Origin: Candidatus Aminicenantes bacterium
GTDB taxonomy: Bacteria; Acidobacteriota; Aminicenantia; Aminicenantales; UBA4085
Direction of reading: 5' to 3'
Length of the DNA stretch: 64,000 bases
Assembly: GCA_963803915.1 (NCBI GenBank)
Contig: CAWDOL010000015.1
Span: 24,323 to 88,322, forward strand
Below are positions 41,496 to 52,546 of the stretch, in pieces. The translations under genes were made by a program, and so were the position numbers. The first letter of the stretch is position 1; each line of letters begins with the position of its first letter. The notes below the pieces were generated by a model. The model was not told the origin of the DNA and did no database searches. It saw only the letters and a program-made list of their open reading frames with translations.

Positions 41496-43004
41496 TCAGA
41501 ATTTAAAATAGATAAAAGGCTGGATGGCGGTCGTGCGGAATTGGAAGACGAGCCAGATCATGACGGCCAGCGCCGCCGATTGAGCCGGCAGGGGCAATCT
41601 TGCCGCGAAGAGCTTGACCCTGTCTTTCGCCCTTTCGGGCAGGAAATGGAGGGCTAAGCCCAAGACGATGAGGGTGGTGACCATGGGATAGCCGGCCAGG
41701 AACTGCGGCAGGAGCTTCAGCTTGAAGCGGCCGAAAATCCGGCCCAGGACGGCCAGGGCTTGGGCCGGCGTTCCGGACCTGAAAAATATCCAAGCCAGAC
41801 ATACATAATGGAACGTGATGACGCCGGCCAGAATCCGCCTTCTCCGGGTTCTCCGGACCTTCTGGGGAAGCCGGAATGTTCTTTCCACCGCCACGGCCAA
41901 TCCATGCAGGAGCCCCCAGATGACGAATCCCCAGGTGGCTCCGTGCCAAAGGCCGCAGACCAGAAAAACCACGATGGTCGCCGCGAACGGGATGACCTTG
42001 TCCGTACGCAGCCCCGCCAACCGGTCCCGTTTGATCCGACCGGACAGCGTCAGGGTCATCGGCCAGAAGATATAGTCCCTGAGCCAAAATGATAGGGTCA
42101 TGTGCCAGCGGGTCCAGAAATCGCTGACGGTCAGGGCTTTATACGGCGCCTTGAAGTTCGGCGGCAGGCGGAGGCCGAGCATCCGGGCCACTCCCAGGGC
42201 CATGTCGGTATAGCCAGAGAAGTCGCAGTAGATCTGGATGGCATAGCCGTAGACCGCGATCAGGTTCTCGAGCCCCGAGTAGAGGCCGGGCGAAGCGAAG
42301 ACCCGGTCGACGAAGTTCACGCCGATGAAGTCCGCGATGACCGCCTTCTTGAACAGCCCCGAAAGGACGAGCGGCACCCCGGCGCGGGCTTCGGCCCGGG
42401 CCTCCTCGCCCGGAGGATCGAGCTGGCCGAAGAACTCTTTGGCCCGCAGGATCGGGCCCGCCGTAACCCTGGGGAAGAAGGCCGTGAAGAGCAGAAACTC
42501 GGCGAAATCCCGGACGGCGGGGGTCCGGTTTGCGCGAACGTCCGCGAGATAGCCGATCTTCTGGAAGGCGTAGTAGGAGATCCCCACGGGCATGGCCAGA
42601 TGACGGACGCCGGCACCCATGAGGCCCCAGCCTTGGAAGAGGGGAATCCATTGGCGGGTATACTTGAAGGCGATCAGGACGGCCAGATTGCCGGCGACAC
42701 CCGCCCAGACCAGGGCCCGGCGGCGGGATTTGGAATCCGTGGCCGCGATCAGCCGGCCCAAGCCGTAGTCGGCCGCCGTCGAAAGGACGAGCAGGCCGAG
42801 GAAGAAGCCGCCGGCTTTGTAATAGAAGTAGAGCGAGAAGCCGAGCAGAAGAAGGACCCGTGTCGCGCGCCGTCTGGAGGCCGGGGCCTGGAGGAGGAGC
42901 AGGACGAGCAGGAAGACCAGGAAGAATCCGCTGACGAATCCGAGGGGGGCGGAGGGGTCGAAGGCCAGCTGCGCGGCCAGCTTAGCGGGGTCGAGCGGCG
43001 ACAT
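41496..43004 (-). CDS. MBOAT O-acyltransferase (AlgI/PatA-like)
   Basis: PVGISYY, QIYCDFSGYTDMA, FWTRWHMTLS, GLWHGA, QPFIYFKF. Confidence 0.92.
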   Translation of the reverse strand: MSPLDPAKLAAQLAFDPSAPLGFVSGFFLVFLLVLLLLQAPASRRRATRVLLLLGFSLYFYYKAGGFFLGLLVLSTAADYGLGRLIAATDSKSRRRALVWAGVAGNLAVLIAFKYTRQWIPLFQGWGLMGAGVRHLAMPVGISYYAFQKIGYLADVRANRTPAVRDFAEFLLFTAFFPRVTAGPILRAKEFFGQLDPPGEEARAEARAGVPLVLSGLFKKAVIADFIGVNFVDRVFASPGLYSGLENLIAVYGYAIQIYCDFSGYTDMALGVARMLGLRLPPNFKAPYKALTVSDFWTRWHMTLSFWLRDYIFWPMTLTLSGRIKRDRLAGLRTDKVIPFAATIVVFLVCGLWHGATWGFVIWGLLHGLAVAVERTFRLPQKVRRTRRRRILAGVITFHYVCLAWIFFRSGTPAQALAVLGRIFGRFKLKLLPQFLAGYPMVTTLIVLGLALHFLPERAKDRVKLFAARLPLPAQSAALAVMIWLVFQFRTTAIQPFIYFKF

Positions 43005-44190
43005 GTGCGGCGTATTCCTTCAGCAGGGCCTCCAGCAGCATCCGTCCCAGACGCAGGTAGCCTTCCTTGGTGAAATGGATGGAGTCGGCATTGGCCAGGG
43101 CGCTATCCCGCCACAGCTTCATCGAGTCCGGGCCGCCCATGCAGGCGAAGAGGTCCCAGAAGGCGCAGCCGCGGGCGGAGGCGGCCGCGGCGATGACCTC
43201 CCGGACGACGGCCATGTTGGGATTGAGTTTGGCCGGGCGCCTGCGGAGCCTGGGATAGTACGCGTCCGGCGCGGAGGTCAGGAGAACGGCCGAGTGCGGC
43301 GTGATCTCCCGGATCTTGGCCAGCAGGGCGTCGAGCCGTGCGGCGAAGTCCTCGCGCCGGAAGAGCGGGGTAGAGGCGTCGTTGGTGCCCAGCGAGACGA
43401 TGACCAGGTCGGGCTGGACCTTCTCCAGCTGCTTGTGCAGGAAGGCCGACTTGAGCATGGTGTCGCAGTTGCCGCCGTTGACGCCGTAATTGTGGTAGAC
43501 GACACCGCTCGTCCCGCTCTCGAGCGACACGCCGTAGAGCTGGGCATAGCGCGGCGAGGTGCGTTGCGGGTTGGAGGATGTGCGCAGGACGACGCTGCGG
43601 TAGGTACCGGGCAGCTCGACGCTCGAGGTCTGGATGCCGCTCATCCCCGGCCAGTCCTTGGGCCGCCCGCTCTTGACGGTGGCCAGGATGCGGTTGGACT
43701 CGTCGAGGACGTCGAAGTCGTAGTATTCGAAGCCCTTGTCGTGATAGACGGTCAGGCCGTTGAAGCCGCGTCCGGGATCGTCGGCTTTCAGCCCCGCCCG
43801 AAGGCGCACCGCCTTGACCTCCTGGCGGTAGACGATCGAGACGATCCGTTTCTTGGGGTAGACGCCGATGACCGAGGGCTTGACGTAGCCGTGCCCGCCG
43901 TCGCCGAACTTCTGCTGCAGCCCGGCGCGGACGACACCCGGGAAATAGCCTGCTTCGACGTGCGAGTCGCCCAGGTGGAAGACGGCCACCTGGCCGGGCT
44001 TCCCGGCCTCCAGGTCGCGCAGCTTGTCGAAGACGTAGCCCAGGGCTTGTGTCGGGTTGGCGATGCGGTTGATCTCGGGGTTGACCGGGACGAGGATGCC
44101 TTTGTAGGAGGGTTGTGCAGATTGCGGCAAGGCTGGGCCCGGCAGCAGGACGGTCGCGACGGCCCACAAGCCCAGGGCCGTGTTTTTAAG
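42982..44190 (-). CDS. SGNH/GDSL periplasmic O-acetyltransferase/esterase (PatB/Ape-like); start approximate
   Basis: GDSH, GVNGG, GTND, DSIHFTKEGY. Confidence 0.8.
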   Translation of the reverse strand, partial: LKNTALGLWAVATVLLPGPALPQSAQPSYKGILVPVNPEINRIANPTQALGYVFDKLRDLEAGKPGQVAVFHLGDSHVEAGYFPGVVRAGLQQKFGDGGHGYVKPSVIGVYPKKRIVSIVYRQEVKAVRLRAGLKADDPGRGFNGLTVYHDKGFEYYDFDVLDESNRILATVKSGRPKDWPGMSGIQTSSVELPGTYRSVVLRTSSNPQRTSPRYAQLYGVSLESGTSGVVYHNYGVNGGNCDTMLKSAFLHKQLEKVQPDLVIVSLGTNDASTPLFRREDFAARLDALLAKIREITPHSAVLLTSAPDAYYPRLRRRPAKLNPNMAVVREVIAAAASARGCAFWDLFACMGGPDSMKLWRDSALANADSIHFTKEGYLRLGRMLLEALLKEYAAHVAARPR

Positions 44191-45578
44191 GGACAAAGCG
44201 ATCCTCGTAAGCCCGGAAGCAGGCCAGGAGCGCATTATACAGGAAGCCCGCGACGCGCCGGGAGCCGAAGCCGGACAGGTGGGTGTAGTCGAGGGCCGCC
44301 AGGGGCGGATCGTGTTGCGTCCAGGCGACCATGGAGTTGGTTCCGCCCATGGCGCCGAAGAGGTCGAAGAAAGCCGCCCCGGACTTGGCCGCCGCCCGCC
44401 GCTGGGCTTCCACCAGGTCGGGGAGCCCCGGCAGGGTGACGTAGTCCAGGCCTTCCTTGACGCTGCGGTCGCCCGTGCCGACAACCAGGATCGAGGCTTC
44501 GGGGAAGGCAGCCTGGAAATGGCGGACCGTTTCGATCAGACCCTGGGCGTACCAGCCGTAGCCTTTCATCTCGGGCGAGGCCACGTTGGTCCCGAAATGG
44601 AGGATGATCAGGCTGTAGCGGAGCCTGTCGTCGAAGTCGCGCAGGATCTCGACCGGGATCCAGCGCAGTGGCAGCCCGGAGTTGCCCCGCACGGCGAAGT
44701 TGTCGACGGCGACACCGTCGTCCCCTTCCCACCAGGCGCCGTAGACGGGCAGAGCCTCGGCGTTGCGGAAGAGGAGTCGGAGCTTTGCGGCGGGCGGATC
44801 GGGCTCGATGACGGCCTCGTGCAGCCCGGGCCCCGTCTCCAGGGCCAACGGGATGGGCGGACTTTCGTCGGCGGTCCATTCCAGGGCGGCGGGGGATTCG
44901 GAGCCGCCATAGAACACGCGAAGCCGGCGGAACTCCTTGAGCAGAGGCCTCTTGGCGGGGGCCTTGTACTCGACCCAGGCCTCGGGTCCGGAGGGCAGAT
45001 AGGCGAAGCCCGAAATGCCGACCTCGACGGGACGCTGCCGATGCAGGATGGAAACGGTCTTCCAGCTCAGCGAGAAGTCGTGGCCGACCGTGACCCGGAA
45101 GGGGGCCACTTCGGAGGCGATCGGCAGGAATCCGGCCCCGCTCCCGCCGAAAGCCTTTTGAAAGCTCGAACGCAGGTCCTGGGTGATGAGGTCGCCCTCG
45201 ACGATGGAATCGCCGAAGTAGCCGATGCGCACGCTTCCCGTCCCGCCGGCGCGGGCTTCCAGGGCACTGAAGAAGGCGTCCAGGACGCCCTCATCCGCCG
45301 TCTCGATCGGCTGGTGCACGGTTTGTCCCGTGACCTCGGGAACCACGGGGATCTTGATCGGGCGCCGGGTGGCCGGCAGCGAGCGGGCGATCCGCAGGGC
45401 TCGGACGATCCGCTCGGCGAACCAGGGAGGCCGGTCGGGCGGGACGGCGAAGCCCGGCCAGGAAGTCGAAGGGACGGACGGCCCCCGCTCTACCGGCCGC
45501 GGCCGGGTGGGGAAGGAAGGTCACGACAAGGAGCAGAACGAGCGCTCCCAGAACGACCAGAGCCGGACGAAAGCGCAT
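44186..45578 (-). CDS. Second SGNH protein (PatB-like); N-terminal frameshifts
   Basis: GDSIVEGD, RGNSG, GTN, DYTHLS; N-terminal membrane anchor in the 45578 frame. Confidence 0.78.
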
Positions 45579-45584
45579 GGGCCC

Positions 45585-46094
45585 TCAGGAGAGCTGCGCG
45601 GAGATCAGACTTTTGTAGCGGTCCTGGGAGTCGCGAATGACCTGCCGGGCGGACTCGACGTCCTCCCAGCCCAGGACATCGGTCTTCTTGTGCTCGAGCT
45701 CCTTATAGACGTCGAAGAAGTGCTCGATTTCGATCAGCATGTGGGGGGCCACGTCGGTCAGGCGGTTCATGTGGTTCCAGAGCGGGTCGTTGATGGGGAC
45801 GCACAGGATCTTGTGGTCGAGGCCTTTTTCGTCGCGCATCTTGAACAGGCCCACGGGCTTGGCCTCGATCAGGCAGCCGGGGAAGGTGGGCTCGGTCAGC
45901 AGGACCAGGGCGTCCAGGGGATCGGAATCCTCGGCCCAGGTCTTGTCGATGAACCCGTAATCGCTGGGATAGTGCATCGAGGAGAACAGCATCCGGTCGA
46001 GCTTGAAGGCCTTCTTGGCCTTGTCGAACTCGTATTTATTCCGGCTGCCCTTGGGGATTTCGATGATGACGTCGATGATGTTGCTGGTGCTCAT
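45585..46094 (-). CDS. ppa: Inorganic pyrophosphatase, family I
   Basis: EIPKGSRNKYE, YPSDYGF, DSDPLD, FFDVYKELE. Confidence 0.95.
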   Translation of the reverse strand: MSTSNIIDVIIEIPKGSRNKYEFDKAKKAFKLDRMLFSSMHYPSDYGFIDKTWAEDSDPLDALVLLTEPTFPGCLIEAKPVGLFKMRDEKGLDHKILCVPINDPLWNHMNRLTDVAPHMLIEIEHFFDVYKELEHKKTDVLGWEDVESARQVIRDSQDRYKSLISAQLS

Positions 46095-46115
46095 GGGGTT
46101 GCGGCTCCGCTCCAT

Positions 46116-46144
46116 ACTGTAGCCGGGGGGTACCCGCTTGTCAA
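46116..46144 (-). promoter_or_regulatory. sigma70 promoter of ppa
   Basis: TTGACA-17-TACAGT on the minus strand. Confidence 0.65.
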
Positions 46145-46187
46145 ACGGGCGGAGAGGAGCGATACGGAGTGGGCGGGCGGCGTCGGT

Positions 46188-47772
46188 CTACGGTTCGGGC
46201 ATCTCGACTGTGGCGATGCTATCGGCCAACCGGACGCATCCCCGGCCCGCCGTTTTGGCCTGGTACATGGCCCGGTCGGCGGCCCGGATCAGGTCCTCGA
46301 CCGTTTCCTCGTTTACCCGATCGACGCCGGCCACCCCGAAGCTGGCCGTCAGATTGACGGTGACTGAGCCGCTGACGGGCAGGGGCTCCTCTGCGATGGC
46401 GGCCCGCAGCCGCTCGGCGGCCAGCACGGCCTGGGCGGGCGGGGTTTCCGGCAGGAGGACGGCGAACTCCTCGCCGCCGTGGCGGCCCAGCGTGTCCGCG
46501 GTCCGCAGGCCCGACTTCAGCCGCCGGCAGGCCTCGACCAGGGCGGCGTCCCCGGCGGCGTGGCCCCAGCGGTCGTTGATGGACTTGAAGTGGTCCAGGT
46601 CGAGGATGACGAGCGAGAGGGCGTGGCCGCTGCGCTTGGCCCTGGCGGTCTCGCGCCGCCCGACTTCGAGGAAGGCGCGACGGTTGGCGGCTCCGGTCAG
46701 CTCGTCCGTCGTGGCCAGACTGCTGAGCCGTCTGGCGCAGGACCGCCTGCTCCGTGGAGTCGCTGAAGGACAGGGCCCGGCAGGTGACCCGGCCGCGGCG
46801 GTTGCGGATGAGGGACAGGCGGACCTCATAATAGCGGAGGCGGCCGTCGATCTCGACGCTGATCTCGGCTGTCGTCCCGCCCCCCGCAGCCAGGAGGCCG
46901 TGGGCGGCGGGGTAGCGGTCCAAGGTTTCGGAGATGGGCCTCCCGATGGAGGGGTCGGCCAAGCCCGGGAACAGCCGTTGAGCGGCCGGGTTGAAGTCGA
47001 TGATCCGGTCATGGGCGTCGACCACCACGACCCCCTCGATCATGCCCAGGAAGACGGCATCCCGGGCCACGGGTACGAGGTCGAGCAGCTGGAAGCGAAA
47101 CAGCCCCAGGGCGAAGACGGGGCCGGCCAGGATCAGACCGAAAGGCCCGGTGTCGATGCCGTAGGGGCTCCAGCCCAGGATGTAGATGCCGTAGGCTAGC
47201 CAAGGGAGGAGCGCCCCGCCGACCATGGCCGCCGTCTGGCGCCGGTAAGCGGCCGTCGACCGGACGAAGGCCGACAACAGCATGATCGTCCCCGCCACGA
47301 TGGCCAGGTTCATGTAGGCCTGGTGGACCCAGTACCAGGGCGCCTTTTCGGTCAGAATGAGGGGGAAGGGGCCGGCCGTCGAGACGCCGACGGAGCGGTA
47401 GAACAGTTGGTGCAGGGGACTCGTCCAGTTGAGGAAGAGGGTGATGGCCGAGAGGCTGATCATGGTGCCCAAGACGGGCTTCCCCAGCCAGCGCGCCCGG
47501 CCGGTCGTGCGCGAGGCCAGCAGGAGCCAGAAGATCGGGATGGCCACGTTGCCCAGGTATTCGACCCGGGTCCAGAAGAGCATGCCCTCGACCCGAACCG
47601 AAGCCAGCTCGAAGGCATAGCCGAAGGCGTAGAGGAAGCCCGCGATCATCAGGCCGATAAACGGAAAGGTCGCGGCCGAGGGCCGACGCAGCCAGGCGTA
47701 GGCGGCCAGAGCCAGGATGGCGATCGACCCGATGACGAGGATCACCGTGTAGGGCGTGCTCATCGACCACAT
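46188..47772 (-). CDS. HisKA_7TM-PAS-GGDEF diguanylate cyclase; frameshift near 46735
   Basis: Seven-TM N-terminus, PAS IDFNPAA, DELTGAANRR, RHGGEEF. Confidence 0.88.
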
Positions 47773-47792
47773 GATGCTTAATTCCGGTATGC

Positions 47793-47876
47793 ATACTAGC
47801 CGCCGGGCCCGGCCCTGTCAAATCCTATCCGCGGCCACGGCCGCGATTGACAGGCCTTGGGCTTCCCCCTTATAGT
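47793..47876. promoter_or_regulatory. Back-to-back sigma70 promoters
   Basis: Minus: TTGACA (47816-47821)-17-TAGTAT; plus: TTGACA (47847-47852)-18-TATAGT. Confidence 0.6.
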
Positions 47877-47915
47877 GGCGGCGTCCGCCACCATCCCACC
47901 AACGGAGGGCCGCAC

Positions 47916-49598
47916 ATGTTCAAGGGACACCCCAAGGGCCTCTTCATCGCCTTCTTCGCCAACATGGGCGAACGCTTCGGCTTCTACACCATGATCTCGA
48001 TCTTCGTCCTGTTCATGCAGGCTAAATATGGCATGACAGCCGCCGCGGCCGGGTTCATGTACTCGACCTTCATGGTCGGCGTCTACATCTTCCCGCTGCT
48101 GGGCGGGTTCCTGGCCGACCGATACCTGGGCTACGGCCGGACGATTTCGCTGGGCCTGATCACCATGTTCATCGGGCTACGCGATGTTGACGCTTCCGAC
48201 CGCAATGAACTCGGGCTCTTCCTGATCGTGGCCGCCCTGTCCGTCATCTGCCTGGGGACGGGACTGTTCAAGGGCAACCTGCAGGCCTTGGTCGGCAACC
48301 TCTACGACGACCCGAAGTACAGCGGCATGCGCGACCGGGCCTTCAACATCTTCTACATGGGCATCAACGTCGGGGCCATGTTCGCACCGACGGCTTCGGA
48401 GGCCGTCTCCAACTGGATCCTGGGCAAGGCCCATCTCTTCTATGACGCCCGCATTCCGGCCATGGCCAACGACTTCCTCAAGGGCAAGCTGACCGACGTG
48501 GCGGCCTACCTGGGGATCGCCCAGGCGCAGGATGCGAGTGTCACCATGGACTCGCTGCGCGGCTTCTCCGAGACCTACATCAACACCCTGAGCAAGTCCT
48601 ACCACTTCGCTTTCGGCGTGGCCTGCATTTCGCTGGTCATCTCGATGCTGATCTTCTGGGGCTTCAAGAAACATTACAAAGTGGCCGCCATGGCCGATGT
48701 CCAGAAGAAGAAATCGGCGGCCTACAAGGACCAGGTCGTCGAGCTTACCCGCGAGCAGACCAAGGAGCGGCTTGTGGCCCTGGGCCTTGTCTTTTTCGTG
48801 GTCATTTTCTTCTGGATGGCTTTCCACCAAAGCGCCGTGACCATGACCTTCTTCGCCCGCGACTATACCGTCCCCAGCGTCGGCAAGGCCACCAACCTGT
48901 GGTTCGACCTGGGCGGACTGCTGCCCATCTTTCTCGGGGTTGTGGGCCTGGTTTTTGCCCTGCGTAAGAAGGCCAAGCCGCTCCTGCGCGGCATCGGCGC
49001 GGCCATGGCCATCGGCTTCGGGCTGCTGGCTTTCTTCCGCTTCCAGAGCTATCCGGCCGTGAACCGGTTCATGCCCCAGATGTTCCAGCACTTCAACCCC
49101 TTCTTCATCGTGGCCCTGACGCCGCTCGTGGTCGGCCTGTTCGCCTGGATGAACAAGAAGGGCAAGGAGCCGTCCGCCCCCCGCAAGATCGGCTACGGCA
49201 TGCTCATCACGGCCGCGGCCTATACCATCCTGGTCATCGGCTCACTCGGCTTGCCCAGCCCCAAATCGCTGGGCGGGCTGGTGGCCCCGGCCGCCAGTCA
49301 GGTCTCGGTCTACTGGCTCATCTCCACCTACTTCACGGTCACCATCGCCGAGCTCCTCTTGAGCCCGATCGGAATCTCCTTCGTCTCGCGGGTGGCCCCG
49401 CCCAAGTACAAGGGCTTGATGCAGGGCGGCTGGTTCGCGGCCACGGCCATCGGCAACAACCTGGTCGGTGTGGTGGCCTGGTTCTGGATGCGGGTGCCGC
49501 TGTGGGCGGTCTGGGCCATCCTGGTCACGGCCTGCGTGCTGTCGGCGACCTTCATCTTCAGCATCATGAAGCGGCTGGAGCGGGTGGCCAAGGCCTGA
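47916..49598 (+). CDS. POT/PTR proton-dependent oligopeptide transporter
   Basis: GHPKGL, ERFGFY, GTGLFKGN, FYMGINVGA, AELLLSPIG. Confidence 0.92.
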   Translation: MFKGHPKGLFIAFFANMGERFGFYTMISIFVLFMQAKYGMTAAAAGFMYSTFMVGVYIFPLLGGFLADRYLGYGRTISLGLITMFIGLRDVDASDRNELGLFLIVAALSVICLGTGLFKGNLQALVGNLYDDPKYSGMRDRAFNIFYMGINVGAMFAPTASEAVSNWILGKAHLFYDARIPAMANDFLKGKLTDVAAYLGIAQAQDASVTMDSLRGFSETYINTLSKSYHFAFGVACISLVISMLIFWGFKKHYKVAAMADVQKKKSAAYKDQVVELTREQTKERLVALGLVFFVVIFFWMAFHQSAVTMTFFARDYTVPSVGKATNLWFDLGGLLPIFLGVVGLVFALRKKAKPLLRGIGAAMAIGFGLLAFFRFQSYPAVNRFMPQMFQHFNPFFIVALTPLVVGLFAWMNKKGKEPSAPRKIGYGMLITAAAYTILVIGSLGLPSPKSLGGLVAPAASQVSVYWLISTYFTVTIAELLLSPIGISFVSRVAPPKYKGLMQGGWFAATAIGNNLVGVVAWFWMRVPLWAVWAILVTACVLSATFIFSIMKRLERVAKA

Positions 49599-49637
49599 TC
49601 GCCGCGGATAACGAGGCGATAACGGCTACGGGGCCGG

Positions 49638-50401
49638 CTAAGCTTTCGTTGCCACTACCAGCATCTCGAAGTCGTCCGGCGTCAGCGGGTCGGCGCGGCT
49701 GAAGGCGCCCAACCGGGCGCCGAAGATATCGACCGAGGCGAAGCCGGCCTGCTTGAGGAGCCAGGTCATCTCCGACGGGATGTACCAGCGCTCGTCGCAG
49801 TCGATCTCGAGGGCGCGACCATGGTGGTCGTGGGTTTTGATCTTGGACCGCATCCGGAAGGTCATCAGGTCGAAGTCATGTCCCTCGCTCGCGCCCTCGG
49901 CGAGGTTCTCGTTCTCGAACTGTCCCACCGAGCGATGCAGGGGGAAGAGCCCGTTCAGGGTGGTCATGATCAGCTTGCCGCCGGGCGAAGCGAACGGGCG
50001 CGCGCCGCCCAGGATGGCGAAGTTCATCTCGTCGGTTTCCATGAGCGGGAAGGCGCCTTCGCAGATCATGATGGCCAGCCCGAACTCCGGGCCGAAGGGG
50101 AGAGCCCGCGCGTCGCCGACCCGGAAATCGACGATACCATGCCTGCGGCCGCCGCCTTCTCCCGGGCCCGCTCGATCTGGGAGGGGGAGAGGTCCACACC
50201 CGTCACCTTGTAGCCGCGGCGGGCCAGCTCGATGGCGTGCCGCCCCGTGCCGCAGCCGATGTCGAGGATGGGGACGGATCGGTCGCCGCCGATCTCGGCC
50301 TCGATGAAGTCGCACTCGCCGAGGGTGCCCTGGGTGAAGGACTCCTTGTCGTAGGTCTCGGCGTAGTCGGTGAAGAGGGCTTCGTACCAGGGCTTGGTCA
50401 T
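49638..50401 (-). CDS. Class I SAM-dependent methyltransferase; frameshift near 50140
   Basis: ILDIGCGTGRH, GVDLS, GDARAL, PGGKLI. Confidence 0.88.
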
Positions 50402-51059
50402 CGGCGGGGCTCCTGGTTATGAGCGTTAAGGATGAGAGCGACGACGTCGGCGAGCGTGGGAACGATCTCGGCCTCGGGTGGGCAGAGAGCCGATGGCGGT
50501 CAGGGGACGTCGGCACGACCAGGCAGCGGAGCCCGGCGGCCACGGCGGACTTGGCTCCTCGCGGCGAGTCTTCGACGGCAACGGCTTCAGGCGGGCTGAT
50601 CTCGGCCCTCTCCAGGGCTTTGAGGTAGGCGTCGGGGTAGGGTTTGGGCCGGGCGAAATCGTCCTGGGTCACAACGTCTTCGAAGAAAGGCAGGCAGCCC
50701 GAGACGCGATGGGCCAGGTCGACGTGGCGGCGGGCGGCGCCCGTGACGAGGAAGAGCCGGACGCGCGGCTTGAGCCTGGCCAGGGCTTCGAGCGCGCCGG
50801 GGAGGGCGGCCGGGCCTTCCTCCAACTGATCCTGGAAACGGTCGTCACGAAGGCGGATCGTCTCGTTGATGAGGCCGGCGGGCATGCCGAGGAGCGCGGC
50901 GATCTTGGGCGATTTATTCCCGTCAGCGAGATAGAGCCGGGCCCAGACGGCGGGGGGCAGGTCGATGCCCGCGGCGGCGAAGGCATCCCGGGTGGCTTCG
51001 TAGAACATCCGTTCGGTGTCGACGAGCACGCCGTCGCTGTCGAAGAATACGGCCTTCAT
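50398..51059 (-). CDS. HAD-family phosphatase; frameshift near 50490
   Basis: FDSDGVLVDTE, KPYPD, VEDS. Confidence 0.88.
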
Positions 51060-51076
51060 GGCGCGATTATAACAAA

Positions 51077-51181
51077 TAGGGGTCAGGTCTCAACATTTGA
51101 CAAAACTGACAACAACGGTTAACGAACATGAGCAACAAATGGAGTCGAATGTCGAATGTCGAATGTTGAGACCTGACCCCT
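51077..51181. repeat. Repeat family B: 105-nt element with terminal inverted repeats (MITE/REPIN-like)
   Basis: aggggtcaggtctcaacatt (51078-51097) and exact reverse complement (51162-51181), AT-rich spacer, (gtcgaat)x3. Confidence 0.9.
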
Positions 51182-51185
51182 GGTT

Positions 51186-52539
51186 TTAACGGCCCGAGAG
51201 GGCCCGCGAGGGGTCGAGCTTGGCGGCGCGATTGGCCGGCGCGAAGGCGCCCGCCAGGCAGAAGACGATGGCCAGCAGCACGCCGCCCGCGAACATCCAC
51301 CACGGGTAGGCGAAGAAGTGGTCGGGCTTGAAGGGGAACTTCGGCAGCAGGCGTCCGGCCAGAAGGTCGGTCAGAAAACAGGCCGCCGTCCCCAGGAACA
51401 CCCCGGCCTGCCCCGCCGAAAATCCCAATGACGGCCGCCTCGCCCTGGATCATGGCCCGGATGTCCGTCCGGGACGCGCCGACCGCCCGCAACAGCCCGA
51501 TCTCCCGCTGCCGCTCGTAGATGATCATGTAGAACGTGTGGCCGATGTTGACCGCGGCCACGGCCACGATGGTCAGGCTGATCAGGCTGAAGCCCAGCAT
51601 GACCAGGGTTACGGCCAGGGCGACGCTCTCGGCCATCCGCTGCTGGCCGGCGTCGATGGCGAAGCCCAGCTCGGCCACGGCTTCCTGGATCGCGGCCAGC
51701 TTGTCGGCCGAGGCGGCCTCGACGGCGGCGGAGTCGAAGACCGAGGCCGCCGCCTCTCCCGCGAACTCGCGGTTGAGGGATCGCACCGTGGCCAGCGGCA
51801 GGGTCAGACCGCCCAGGATGGCCTGGTGACTGGTGCCGATGAGCTTGACCCTGACCTGCCGCTGCGGGCCCGACGCGTCGCGGTTGACGTACGACTCGTT
51901 GAGCGTCAGGGGCAGCGACGGCACCATCGGGATGATGAGCTCGCTGATAAGCGGCAGGCGCCGGACCTCGGCAAACGAGGCGTTGTAGATCTCGACCAGA
52001 CGCTTGGAGATGATCACGGGTACGGGCTGGCCGGGCGGCGGATCGGCAAACGTGCCGAACAGGACATCGTTTGACAGGAGGCGCGGGTCGATGCCGTCGG
52101 CCATGATCTCGAGCCACAGATCGAGCCGGCGAACGGAATCCAGGACGTCCGGCGCAACCCCGGGCAGCCTCGCGATCCGGGCCAGGTCCTCCTCGGGGAA
52201 ATGGGCGCCGACCAGGGCCATGGTGGCCGGGACGGCCAGCCGCATCCGGGGATAGACGCCTTTGACTCCGGGAATCGCCTCCAGCCGGGCGATGGCGGCG
52301 TCGTCGAGGCGGGCCGGCGCCGCACTGCCCGTCCCGGCCTTCCGGGCCACGACCTGGACGCGGTTGGCGTCCGTGGGGAAGATCTGGGTCGACACGACCC
52401 GTTTGATGCCGCTCCCCAGCCCGACGAAGAAGAGGAAGCTCGACACTCCGACCACGATCCCGAAGCCGGCGAAGGCCATGTTCTTGCGGTTGCGGCCCAG
52501 GTTCTGGGCCACGATCCGGGCCAGCTTGCGGGTCGTCAT
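51186..52539 (-). CDS. FtsX/MacB-type ABC permease; frameshift near 51410
   Basis: [26 protein letters not shown]. Confidence 0.88.
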
Positions 52540-52546
52540 CGGCGCC

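Noticed and set aside
49638-51059. Apparent HAD-methyltransferase fusion
   Set aside because: Produced by frameshifts near 50490 and 50140; the two genes have an ATGA junction at 50398-50401
51140-51170. (gtcgaat)x3 and the other repeats as a CRISPR array
   Set aside because: No regular repeat-spacer periodicity and no cas genes
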